Under the pieces are notes generated by a model. It ran no database searches, was not told the DNA's origin, and was given only the letters and a program-made list of their open reading frames with translations. From the NCBI GenBank assembly GCA_965226025.1, contig CBDDCD010000001.1:970104-1034103 (forward strand): DNA of 64,000 nt, given 5' to 3'. Source of the stretch: Candidatus Moanibacter sp. GTDB taxonomy: Bacteria > Verrucomicrobiota > Verrucomicrobiia > Opitutales > UBA2987. Both the position numbers and the translations under genes were made by a program. Position 1 is the stretch's first letter. The number at the start of each line of letters is the position of its first letter. Below are positions 18,763 through 28,390 of the stretch, in pieces.

Positions 18763-20751
18763 CTATCTTTGTATAGCCATCAGTCGATGGAATATCTTCT
18801 CTATCGTGGGCGTAAGGCGCGTGCGATTGTAGGCATCCCCGCACTGTCGAATCGCTTCAGCCGCGGTGGGATAGGGGTGGATCACATTAGCCAGTTTCCC
18901 CAGCCCAGTACCACTCTGAATGGCCACGGTGATCTCGCTTATCATGTCGCCCGCGTGGGTGCCCACTACCGTCGCCCCGAATATCTCATCGGTCCCTTTC
19001 TTGACATGGATCTTGACAAAGCCCTCGGTCTCGCCGTCGACGATGGACCGGTCGACGTCTGAAAAGTTGCGCTGAAAAGTGGCAAATTCAATTTCGCGCT
19101 CCCGAAGATCCTTTTCGTAGAGACCGACGTGGGCGACTTCCGGATCGGTAAAGGTGGTCCAGGGAACGAGGAAATTTGAAAATCGATCGCGTCCAAAGAA
19201 GAGAGCGTTTCGGATGACGAGACGTGCCATAAAATCGGCCATATGGGTGAATTGATATCGGCTTGCCACATCTCCAACTGCATAAACGTTGGAGTTCGAA
19301 GTCTGCATCCGGTCATTAACTTTCACTCCCATCCGCTCATCGTAATCGACTCCCGCTGCTTCGAGACCGATCCCGTTTACATTCGGTTTCCTTCCTGCCG
19401 CTACCAGCAAGGCATCGAATTCGAGATCGTGTTCGCCTTTATCATTCTCGAATACCACTGTGATCGGTGGCTTCCTACCTTCACATCGGACGGCATTTAT
19501 TCGAGCCTTGAACTCGAAAACGACTCCGTCCCGCGTCAATGAATCCGCCACAATACCCGCCGCCTCGGGGTCTTCCTTTGGCAAAATGTTCATGTCGCGG
19601 GCGAAGACGGTTACCTTGGATCCGAACCTCCGAAAGGCTTGGGCCATCTCAAGTCCGATAGGACCGGCCCCAATCACCCCCAAACGTGCAGGTAATTCCG
19701 TCAGATTGAATAAGGTAGCGTTGGTCAAGTAGGGCGCCTCCGCCATTCCCTCGATTGCAGGGATCGCGGCCGAACCCCCAGTCGCAATCACGGCCTTGGC
19801 GAATTCGAGCCTCTTTCCATTTACCTCTACCGTGTTCCTACCAGTGAATCGCCCTTTGCCCACGAACAGGTCGGTCCCTAAGTCCCGGGAGAAGCGAGTA
19901 GCGGAATCGTGTGGAGCGATACCTGCCCTGAGCTTTCGCATGCGCTCCATAACAGCCCCGAAGTCCACCGAGACCTCGCCGTCAATCTTGATCCCAAGTT
20001 CGTGTGAATGGAGAAATGAGGCGGCCGTCTTGGCACACTTCAGCAGCGCTTTTGATGGAACGCAGCCAACATTGAGGCAATCACCACCCATCAGGTGCGA
20101 TTCGATCAGCGCTACTTTTGCACCTAACCCCGCGGCCCCGGCGGCTGAAACCAACCCTCCCGTCCCGGCACCGATAACGACGAGATTGTATCGCGACTTT
20201 GGCTCTGGATCCACCCACTCCCTCGGATGAACGCTATCGAGAAGTCTGGAATTGTGCTCATCCAACGGCTCCACGCCGATCGAATCGAGCTCATCCTGCC
20301 CAAACGACGCCAGTTCCGGGTCGCGATCGGGAATCTCAGGTTGAAGTGACAGTGCCTCCTTTCCGAGAGAGATTGGAGAGGAGAGGAAATCCGCCCAACT
20401 CACAGCGCTTCCGTCGGGTCTTTCGCCAACTCGGCCGTGATCCTCATCCTCGGCGAACCGGTAGAATAGATTCTCGTTCTTAAAGGCGTGCTCTTGAAGG
20501 ACGTGATGAAAAAATCCAGCGTTCAGCATCATGTTGCCGATATGGATCGCGTCTTCTTCGCCAATCGCGACTCCCTCTTCAATCAGCTTCCCCACCGCCT
20601 CCTTACCGACGAAGCACTTCTCGTAAGTCCTGGAGGGAAAACCGTACTTCCTATCGCGAATATCGAAAGAGGCCCGCATTCGAGCGGCAAGTTCCTCGAT
20701 GTCCTCCTCGTCAAATGTTGCTTCGTTTTCGATCTTCTCTCGATCCGACAT
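18763..20751 (-). CDS. N-terminal DEP domain fused to a class-I pyridine nucleotide-disulfide oxidoreductase (MerA/LpdA-like)
   Basis: IRDRKY...TYEKCFVGKEAV...HHV..EHAFKNENLFYRF (DEP-like), then GAGTGG, GGDCLNVGCVPSKAL, AVGD and HPYPT. GGAGG RBS before ATG 20751. Confidence 0.85.
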   Translation of the reverse strand: MSDREKIENEATFDEEDIEELAARMRASFDIRDRKYGFPSRTYEKCFVGKEAVGKLIEEGVAIGEEDAIHIGNMMLNAGFFHHVLQEHAFKNENLFYRFAEDEDHGRVGERPDGSAVSWADFLSSPISLGKEALSLQPEIPDRDPELASFGQDELDSIGVEPLDEHNSRLLDSVHPREWVDPEPKSRYNLVVIGAGTGGLVSAAGAAGLGAKVALIESHLMGGDCLNVGCVPSKALLKCAKTAASFLHSHELGIKIDGEVSVDFGAVMERMRKLRAGIAPHDSATRFSRDLGTDLFVGKGRFTGRNTVEVNGKRLEFAKAVIATGGSAAIPAIEGMAEAPYLTNATLFNLTELPARLGVIGAGPIGLEMAQAFRRFGSKVTVFARDMNILPKEDPEAAGIVADSLTRDGVVFEFKARINAVRCEGRKPPITVVFENDKGEHDLEFDALLVAAGRKPNVNGIGLEAAGVDYDERMGVKVNDRMQTSNSNVYAVGDVASRYQFTHMADFMARLVIRNALFFGRDRFSNFLVPWTTFTDPEVAHVGLYEKDLREREIEFATFQRNFSDVDRSIVDGETEGFVKIHVKKGTDEIFGATVVGTHAGDMISEITVAIQSGTGLGKLANVIHPYPTAAEAIRQCGDAYNRTRLTPTIEKIFHRLMAIQR

Positions 20752-20939
20752 GAATCCTCCTATTACCTTCGGCCTGTGACCCCTCGACGACCAGGACGAC
20801 ACGAAAAGGCCGGTATTTCTTGCTCCCTTCGACTATTTCCCAAGTTTGTTCCCATACTTCGTCGCCGCGATTTCGAGATGCTTACAGATTCGGCGAAGAT
20901 TCCAATCTAAACCTAACTACAACATGCCGCAGGAATCGG

Positions 20940-21834
20940 GTAGTCATGGCCTACTCCGACGAGGCGATTCGACGGGCATCTCGCTGTGAAGCGATTCCTC
21001 GGCATTACCGTACTCAGCGACTTCATCCTGAGCGAAGGGATCGAGCCTACATCTGTGACTTGCTCGAAAACTATCCTTCGATCGATGGATTCCGACCCGA
21101 CTGGCCCGAGTATCCCTGCTACAAACTCTGTGAGGTATTCCAGGACTTCAACCCGCAGGTCGAGAGATGGAACGATTCGCGAACGCAGGCCGGGGAACCA
21201 CGGCGGTTCCAGCGCTCCTGCGGAATAATCCTTATATCCTGGAATGGCTACACCTGAAGTCCGCGCTTTCGGTCAGCTTGCTACGGAATTGGAAGGAGAC
21301 TCTGACGAGCCAAGGAGGATCGAAAAAAGAGCTCCTGGCCAACGCCTTCATGCCGCCATTTTCCACCCTGACAGGGTTTGATTTCTCGGGGGCATCCGAG
21401 TTCTGTGACGCTGTCTCCCCGAAACTCTACACGATGCATTGGGCGGTCATTCTAAACTTCTGGGGCACCGAGATTCTCAGGGGAAATCCCGGCCTCGATG
21501 AGAAATTGCTGGTTAGAGCCATCGCACATCTTCTGGACCTTGGAGATGAGATCTCGGCAACCGCCTTGACGATTACTCCTACCCCCTTCCGGACGCTCCC
21601 CACCCTATTCCAGATGAACCGCAGGCCCGGAAAATTCGTGAAGTCATGGCCCAGGTCAACGGCCGATGCATGGTGACTCCTATTGTTCACGCCTACGGGC
21701 CCTTCGAGGATTTCTGCCGCCGCTTCGCCGTTGTCGCGGAAAGCGAGGCCGACGGCGTCTGGATCAACCGCTACGGTTATCTCAGCAATGAGAAACTCGA
21801 TGCGGTGGGCAGGATCTGGGGAGATAAGGAGTAA
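20940..21834 (+). pseudogene. Frameshifted remnant of a hypothetical protein
   Basis: Protein-like segments in three successive frames (..DGFRPDWPEYP..; ..NAFMPPFSTLTGFDF...KLYTMHW..; ..VHAYGP...DGVWINRYGYLS..). 5' boundary uncertain. Confidence 0.55.
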
Positions 21835-22000
21835 TTGGCTGCTACCGAATCTCCCCTCCTTGCAGGGGTCGGGGGTGGGTTGCTCGAATCCACGAACCAC
21901 GACCTCTCCTTTTCCTCAAGTCCTCTCTCTATAAGATCCCGAGCAAACGCTGAATCTGACCGCCCCAAACGCCGCGCGTCCTTCCTTAGTCTCTCCCTCA

Positions 22001-23818
22001 GTGGTCGCCTCATGCGGATTGTCATGGGCCTTGCTTCCTGCTGTTCTTTTCTTCAATCTGGCAAGCGCTGGTTACTTTTGGGAAACAGGGGGTATTCCAA
22101 ATAGTAAGGATTCAATGTTCGGGGCGAAGAAAGAGATCTACCTGTCCAATCTTTCGCTATCGCAGCCTGTCGAATCACTGACCCGCGACTTCGTCGAAGG
22201 CCGCTGGCAATTGATCGACTACGAAACGATGGAGGGATTGAAGGGGACCATGGTCAACGCCATGCCTGGCCAGGACTGCGGTCGACTGCAGCTCCTACTC
22301 AAGGTCGAAGGACCCCACAAAGTCTTTCTCGGAATCAACTATTCAAATTCCCGAGATTCCCGTAGGACCTCTCCGTGCCGGCTGGAAGTCAGGTTGAGCG
22401 GCGACTACGGTTATCGGCGAGTGGGAGCGGACTCAGGGACGGAACAAGAGAACAAGAGCTCAATAGATTCCGACATCGCGAATGATGTCCAGAGGTCGAT
22501 CCAGGAGTTTTACTGGAAGACGACGAACCTCAAGGGGAAGCTCCTGGAATTGCGCCAACCCAGGGACCCTTACAACAGTTCTTCCACAGGTCCCGTTGCA
22601 AATCTATCATACGTTAAGCTTATTCCCCTGAGCCCGGTAGAGCAGGAGACCTGGGAACAGGAAACGGCCAATGAGGATTCTCGCAAGCTGGGGTTTACTC
22701 TTGGAGCAAGCCAATTCTCTGATAACGCCGGCGGCAGCGACACCTTTCATCCCACCGACGAGGAGTGGTTCCGGGATGAGCTTGTTCCCATTCTCGACAC
22801 AGATTTCGGCCTGTTGATATTCGATGCTCTCTGCGGAGCTAGACGCAACTATCCCTCCAAAATCGGCCACTTGGGAAGGGAACCAGAGCCTTGGCAAGAC
22901 GATTGGCTGGATCCGCTCAAGACTTTCACGCGACTATGCCACCAGCGTGACTTGAAAATCTTTGCGGGGATGCGGATGACCAGTGCTCCCTTTCCAATGA
23001 GCCATACCAAGCACGATTGGGCAGCAGACTTTAGGGAGGATCTCCGATTCGCGAAGCGGGACCGGAATGGCTACCCCACGACAGGCCTCAGCATCGCCTT
23101 TCACGAAGTTCGTGAGTACTGGCTCAGTCTTCTCAGGGAGGCCCTTGAATATGAAGTCGACGGAATTCAGCTCCATCTGAACCGCTCCACGCCCTTCGTC
23201 ATGTACGAGGATCCGGTCGTGAATACTTTTCGCAGGCAGTTTGGCGAAGACCCCAGGGACCTTCCGGATCGTGATCCTCGATTCATCGCCCATTGCGCCG
23301 AGATTGTTACCCAGTTCGTCAGGGAAGCACGGGCCCTCGTCCATGAGAAGGAGCACCGCGAACTTGGAGTCACAGTCCATGGGAAACCCCACCGCCGAGA
23401 TTCCGATCAGTTGAACTTCAACCCCATTCGATACAATTGTGATGTTGAGGATTGGCTGCGGGAGGGATTGATTGACTACTTGATGCCCTCCCCCGCGATC
23501 GACCTCGGAACGCTGAAAAAGTGGAGACAGATCGGCGGAGAAAAGGTACATCTGTGGCCGAATCTTTCCTCCCCTGGCAGGTCACCCGAATCCTGCGTTG
23601 ATCTGGCGAAACAATACTACTTTGCCGGAGCGGATGGTTTCTCCGTCTGGGATGGGGAACGAAGATCGACTCGGACCAGCGAATTTGCCGCCCTCCAATG
23701 TCTCGGCCGTAAGAAACTGCTGGGGCGCATCGGTCAGGAAGGCCCAAGCTGGTACCGTCGAGTCCCACTGAGATATCTCATGGGATACTCCGTGGCAGAC
23801 TCTTTTCATGAATATTAG
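22001..23818 (+). CDS. Hypothetical protein with a putative family-10-like glycosyl hydrolase TIM-barrel region
   Basis: Possible signal peptide; C-terminal half has LSIAFHEVREYWL..LREALEYEVDGIQL, DVEDWLREGLIDYL and GADGFSVWD. Confidence 0.5.
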   Translation: MVASCGLSWALLPAVLFFNLASAGYFWETGGIPNSKDSMFGAKKEIYLSNLSLSQPVESLTRDFVEGRWQLIDYETMEGLKGTMVNAMPGQDCGRLQLLLKVEGPHKVFLGINYSNSRDSRRTSPCRLEVRLSGDYGYRRVGADSGTEQENKSSIDSDIANDVQRSIQEFYWKTTNLKGKLLELRQPRDPYNSSSTGPVANLSYVKLIPLSPVEQETWEQETANEDSRKLGFTLGASQFSDNAGGSDTFHPTDEEWFRDELVPILDTDFGLLIFDALCGARRNYPSKIGHLGREPEPWQDDWLDPLKTFTRLCHQRDLKIFAGMRMTSAPFPMSHTKHDWAADFREDLRFAKRDRNGYPTTGLSIAFHEVREYWLSLLREALEYEVDGIQLHLNRSTPFVMYEDPVVNTFRRQFGEDPRDLPDRDPRFIAHCAEIVTQFVREARALVHEKEHRELGVTVHGKPHRRDSDQLNFNPIRYNCDVEDWLREGLIDYLMPSPAIDLGTLKKWRQIGGEKVHLWPNLSSPGRSPESCVDLAKQYYFAGADGFSVWDGERRSTRTSEFAALQCLGRKKLLGRIGQEGPSWYRRVPLRYLMGYSVADSFHEY

Positions 23819-23905
23819 CCCGCTTTTCGTGGCCGGCAGGCGGCAACACGACGGGAGGAACGTTCAGCCGCAGTGCGATGCTCGAATTTTTGTGAGAAAA
23901 GCGGG

Positions 23906-23970
23906 TTAGGATTCTGTCGGACGAACCTCGTCACTTGCGAAGCAATCGAACGTCAAAGTCCGACTCCTAG
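23906..23970. repeat. Short palindromic dispersed repeat (same family as the IS110 target at 50775), unoccupied copy
   Basis: TTAGGATTCTGTCGGACGAACCTCGTCACTTGCGAAGCAATCGAACGTCAAAGTCCGACTCCTAG; its reverse complement aligns with 50775-50835 and the CTAG end overlaps the stop of the adjacent gene. Confidence 0.85.
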
Positions 23971-25175
23971 GGTCGCACCGGACTTCCGTCCGGAAGGCGA
24001 GTCTGAGTCCACTCCTCGACGGCGTCTCGGCAAGGATATTTGGCGGCGAGCTCTTCATCGATATCGATTCCGATACCTGGACTATCGTTAGGATACATAT
24101 ATCCCTTTCGGACTTCCGGAAGGCCAGGAAACATCTCGTAGACTAGATTATCGAAACGGCACCACTCCTGCACTCCAAAGTTGGGCGCCCAAAGGTCGAG
24201 GTGAAGCTGCGCGGCATGACCGACAGGTGAGACGTCTCCCGGACCGTGCCAAGCAGTACGAATGCCGTACATGTTGGCGAAGGCGGCGACGTTTCTGGCC
24301 GGAGTTATACCACCCATCTGGCTGACGTGCATGCGAATAAAGTCAATCAGACGCCCCTCGATAAGAGGCTGCCATTCGAGCGGGTGGTTGAAGAGTTCGC
24401 CCATAGCGATAGGAGTCGCGCATTGCTCCCTTAGGCGGTGAAACCATTGGATGTCTTCAGGAGCCAGTGGATCTTCAAGAAAGAAGAGTCTAAAGCGCTC
24501 GACCTCCTTGGCGAATCCGACCGCTTCTATCGGCCTGAGGCGCTCGTGAATATCGTGAAGAAGCTCGACTTCATCTCCCACGTCCTCACGGATTCGCTCG
24601 AATAGCTTCAGGTGGGTACGCATGTAATCCCCTGGATCAAAGTAGCTTCCCTCGGGTGCGCCTTCGGGCCTCAATTTGACATCGGCCGCAGCACCACCAT
24701 AGCCGCCCTGCTGCACACGGATATGTCGGTAGCCCTCTTCCATGAACTCCTTCACGCTTTCCACGACCTCCGCGGCCGTTCCTCCCCCGGCATGCGCGTA
24801 GCAAGCCGCAGCCTCCCTGCACTTTCCTCCCAAGAGCTGGTAGAGCGGCATTCCTGCCCGCTTCCCTTTAATGTCCCAGAGCGCCTGATCGACGCCGGAC
24901 AAAGCATTATTGAGGACCGGACCGTTCCGCCAGTAGGCGTTGACCATTCCCATTTGCCAGATCTCTTCAATTCGGTCCGTGTCACGACCGATAAGCAAAG
25001 GCTTCAGATGTTTTTCAACCGCCGCCACCACAGCGTGGAACCGCTGGGTAAAAGTGGCGCATCCCAACCCATAAAGACCCGGTTCAGAAGTTGTGACTTT
25101 TACAACGACAAGCCTTGAACCGGCCGGCTGTGTCGTGATCGCCTCAACGTTCTTGATAGTCGTGGTAGCGGCCAT
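23967..25175 (-). CDS. Enolase-superfamily acid-sugar dehydratase (RspA/ManD-like)
   Basis: GLGCATFTQR, NAYWRNGP, LWDIKGK, HDIHERL, FLEDP, GELF, RTAWHGPGD. Start placed at MAATTTI. Confidence 0.9.
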   Translation of the reverse strand: MAATTTIKNVEAITTQPAGSRLVVVKVTTSEPGLYGLGCATFTQRFHAVVAAVEKHLKPLLIGRDTDRIEEIWQMGMVNAYWRNGPVLNNALSGVDQALWDIKGKRAGMPLYQLLGGKCREAAACYAHAGGGTAAEVVESVKEFMEEGYRHIRVQQGGYGGAAADVKLRPEGAPEGSYFDPGDYMRTHLKLFERIREDVGDEVELLHDIHERLRPIEAVGFAKEVERFRLFFLEDPLAPEDIQWFHRLREQCATPIAMGELFNHPLEWQPLIEGRLIDFIRMHVSQMGGITPARNVAAFANMYGIRTAWHGPGDVSPVGHAAQLHLDLWAPNFGVQEWCRFDNLVYEMFPGLPEVRKGYMYPNDSPGIGIDIDEELAAKYPCRDAVEEWTQTRLPDGSPVRP

Positions 25176-25246
25176 GTCTATGATTGTTAAATTACCGTCC
25201 GGCGGAAAAAGCGAGCTCCCTCGAACTTCGGACTCTGTCACTCTTA

Positions 25247-25523
25247 GTGCTGGTGTTCGTAATTACGATGGCGTTTGCCTAGGCGATTCTGGTCTTGAGC
25301 AAGGCGGCTTTGAGTGGGCTAGGTACGAACCCTGCCACTCAAAGCTAACGCGGCTCAAGGCCAAAATCGCCAGGCCGCAAGGCGGTGGGGCGGCATTGGG
25401 GGTATTGCGGCGTTGCCCAAACGCGCAATGGATCCCCCCGACCCGTCCGCGTTTGGGCGCCTTCCACTACCCCCAATCCCGGCGTGCCGGGACAAACGTC
25501 ACCGTAATTACGAACACCAGCAC
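25247..25523. mobile_element. 277-bp MITE-like non-autonomous element
   Basis: 31-bp terminal inverted repeats (29 of 31; GTGCTGGTGTTCGTAATTACG perfect for 21 bp), flanked by TTA on both sides, with internal hairpins. Confidence 0.82.
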
Positions 25524-25613
25524 TTAGAAGGAATGGATACAATCCCGGGATCACCTATCACTGGAGACGGTTCGACTTTATAGAGAATCCGTGGTAGAGG
25601 ACAACAGAATACA

Positions 25614-26951
25614 ATGAACGTCACAGCCAAAAAGGAACTGGGGGATTCGCCATCGAATGATCCGGAGCCAACCCAGGCGGGTAGTTATTTCGTCGCGAAT
25701 TATCCCCCATTTTCATTCTGGAACAGGGCCGAGAACGCCAAGGTTGAATCGCTCCTGGAAACTACCGGGAAAGTTGAGAATCCGATGGGGCTCTATATCC
25801 ACATACCCTTCTGCCGAAAACGCTGCCACTTCTGCTATTTCCGCGTTTACACAGATAAGAATTCCTCCGAAATCGCCTCTTATCTCAACGCCGCGGTTGA
25901 AGAGCTCCGGCTCTACACCGAAAAGCCGTTTCTGGCAGAGAGAAGACCGAAATTTGTCTACTTCGGGGGTGGGACTCCTTCCTACCTCTCCGCGCGTCAG
26001 CTTGCGGCCTTCTCCGATCGGATCAAAGAGCACCTACCGTGGGACGAAGCCGAGGAGGTCGCCTTCGAGTGCGAACCGGGAACCCTCAACGATAGTAAGC
26101 TCGCAGCAATTCGCGACATCGGGGTCACCCGCTTGAGTCTCGGAATCGAAAACTTCGATGACGAAATCCTCGATCTCAACGGCAGGGCTCACCGTTCCAA
26201 AGAGGTGTTCCGTTCCTACGAGCAAGCGATGTCGAAGGGATTCCCGCAGATAAATATCGATCTGATCGCCGGCATGATCGGGGAAACGGAATCGAAATGG
26301 CAACTGACTGTCGAAAGGACTCTCGAGCTGGAGCCGGATAGCGTAACTGTCTACCAGATGGAGATCCCCTTCAATACCACCATCAATAAAACCATGCGGA
26401 AGGAGGGCAAAATCGTCGCCCCGGTCGCTGACTGGGCACAGAAACGCCGCTGGGTGGACTTCGCTTTCCAACGGATGGAGGAGAAAGGCTACACTGTTAC
26501 CAGTGGCTACACTGCGGTCCGCGATCCGGATCGAGCGAAATTTATCTATCGGGACAGCCTTTGGAGAGGCGCCGATATGCTGGCCATCGGGGTTGCTTCA
26601 TTCGGCCATTTTTCCGGCCACCACTATCAGAATCTTAAGCACTTCGGCGACTATATCGGAAGGATAGACAAAGGATCTCTCCCGATCGATCGATCCTTGG
26701 AAACGAGTCGGGAAGAGCAGCTCATTCGAGAGCTCATACTGCAAATGAAACTTGGTCTCGTCTCGCGTCCCTATTTCCGGGAGAAATTCGACGTCGATGT
26801 AATTGAGCGTTTTCGCGAGCAATTTTCCGACCTTGAGAAGCGCGAGATGGTGCGGATCGATGAGGATCGAATATCCTTGAATCGCAAAACTCTTCTGCGC
26901 GTTGACTCGCTCCTACCGGGTTTCTTTCTCCCTCAACATCGTGAATCCTAA
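25614..26951 (+). CDS. HemN-like radical SAM protein
   Basis: LYIHIPFCRKRCHFC (CxxxCxxC), YFGGGTP, ECEPG, RLSLG, NIDLIAG. Confidence 0.92.
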   Translation: MNVTAKKELGDSPSNDPEPTQAGSYFVANYPPFSFWNRAENAKVESLLETTGKVENPMGLYIHIPFCRKRCHFCYFRVYTDKNSSEIASYLNAAVEELRLYTEKPFLAERRPKFVYFGGGTPSYLSARQLAAFSDRIKEHLPWDEAEEVAFECEPGTLNDSKLAAIRDIGVTRLSLGIENFDDEILDLNGRAHRSKEVFRSYEQAMSKGFPQINIDLIAGMIGETESKWQLTVERTLELEPDSVTVYQMEIPFNTTINKTMRKEGKIVAPVADWAQKRRWVDFAFQRMEEKGYTVTSGYTAVRDPDRAKFIYRDSLWRGADMLAIGVASFGHFSGHHYQNLKHFGDYIGRIDKGSLPIDRSLETSREEQLIRELILQMKLGLVSRPYFREKFDVDVIERFREQFSDLEKREMVRIDEDRISLNRKTLLRVDSLLPGFFLPQHRES

Positions 26952-27100
26952 AGCAGGTAGCGAGAGATTCTACGGCCCAAACGGGAAACCAGGCTGCATT
27001 CTGTCAGCTCCCACCTGCCGCCTGTTCGTCCAAATGCTCACGCATTCCGCTGCCTGCATCGGCTCGCTGCGGACCTCTGACCTAAATCGCCATTAACTCC

Positions 27101-28390
27101 ATGCCCGCATCAGAGTCCTACGACGCAATCGTAGTCGGAGGAGGACCGGCAGGCTCGACCGCCGCCGCGACGTTGGCCGCCGGCGGCAGGAAGGTCCTCT
27201 TGATCGAGAAAGAGAAATTCCCCCGCTACCATGTCGGTGAATCCCTTATGCCTTTCTGCTATTTCACTTTGCAAAGACTCGGTCTTCTGGAAGAGCTCAA
27301 GCGATCGTCCTACCCTCGGAAATACAGTGTCCAGTTTGTCCGAAAGAATGGTGAGATCTCCCAACCCTTCTACTTCTTCCAGCATATGGATCACGACGCC
27401 TCGACCACCTGGCAAGTTACGCGATCGGACTTTGACCTCATGCTTCTCAACAACGCTCGGGAAAAAGGTGCAGAGGTTCTTGAAGAGACCAAAGTCACAA
27501 ACTTGATCAGCGAAGGAAACACGGTCAAAGGAGTTGAGGCCCGCTCGAAATCGGGTGAGAGCATTCGATTCGAAGCGCCCTATACAATCGACGCATCGGG
27601 AAGAGATGCATTGAGCCTGGCTCGCAATCGTTGGCGAGTTCGGGATCCGCATCTCAACAAGATCGCAATCTGGACTTACTACCGAGGGGCAAAGCGAGAC
27701 CCTGGACTCGATGCCGGCGCTACAACCATAGCCTACATAGACGACAAAGGCTGGTTCTGGTTCATCCCGATGGTCGACGATGTCGCCAGTGTCGGTTTGG
27801 TCGCGGAGAATGATTATCTCTACCGCGACTCTCGAGATCCGGGGAGGATATTTCAACGAGAGATACCCAATAACATCTGGATTGATGAGCATCTACGTGA
27901 AGGTCGTCAATTCGGCGACTACTTTGTGACGGGCGAGTATTCTTACCGCTCGCGCTACTGCGGGACAGGCGGGCTCATTCTAGCCGGAGACGCATTCGCT
28001 TTCCTTGATCCGGTTTTTTCGTCAGGTGTTTTTTTAGCTTTGTGGAGCGGCGAAAAGGCCGCTCTTGCGGTTCACGCCGCCCTTTCCGGGCAAGAAGAAA
28101 ACGATTCCTTCTTTTCTGATTACGGACGAGATCTATGTCGCGGTATCGAAGCGATGAGAAAGCTCGTCTACGCTTTTTATGATCCCGAATTCAGCTTTGC
28201 CACACTCATTAAGGATTCCCCCGTGCTTCAAGGCCGTCTTACCGACTGCCTCATCGGCGACCTCTTCGACAAAGACTACTCGGAACTCTTTCAGGCAGTC
28301 TCACGCTATTCCAAGACACCCGACGAACTGGCGCACGGACTTGGCCTTCTACAGTGTGACCCCATCCCGCAGCGATGTACGCATCCCTAA
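27101..28390 (+). CDS. Flavin-dependent halogenase-like monooxygenase
   Basis: GGGPAGS, FPRYHVGESL, WFWFIP (WxWxIP), GDAFAFLDPVFSSG. Confidence 0.85.
   Translation: MPASESYDAIVVGGGPAGSTAAATLAAGGRKVLLIEKEKFPRYHVGESLMPFCYFTLQRLGLLEELKRSSYPRKYSVQFVRKNGEISQPFYFFQHMDHDASTTWQVTRSDFDLMLLNNAREKGAEVLEETKVTNLISEGNTVKGVEARSKSGESIRFEAPYTIDASGRDALSLARNRWRVRDPHLNKIAIWTYYRGAKRDPGLDAGATTIAYIDDKGWFWFIPMVDDVASVGLVAENDYLYRDSRDPGRIFQREIPNNIWIDEHLREGRQFGDYFVTGEYSYRSRYCGTGGLILAGDAFAFLDPVFSSGVFLALWSGEKAALAVHAALSGQEENDSFFSDYGRDLCRGIEAMRKLVYAFYDPEFSFATLIKDSPVLQGRLTDCLIGDLFDKDYSELFQAVSRYSKTPDELAHGLGLLQCDPIPQRCTHP

Noticed and set aside
18763-20751. merA mercury resistance gene
   Set aside because: No C-terminal Cys-Cys pair, no HMA domain, no mer operon genes.
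25614-26951. Calling the gene hemN or hemW
   Set aside because: Family motifs are present, but context and the N-terminus do not support a heme role, so no symbol was given.
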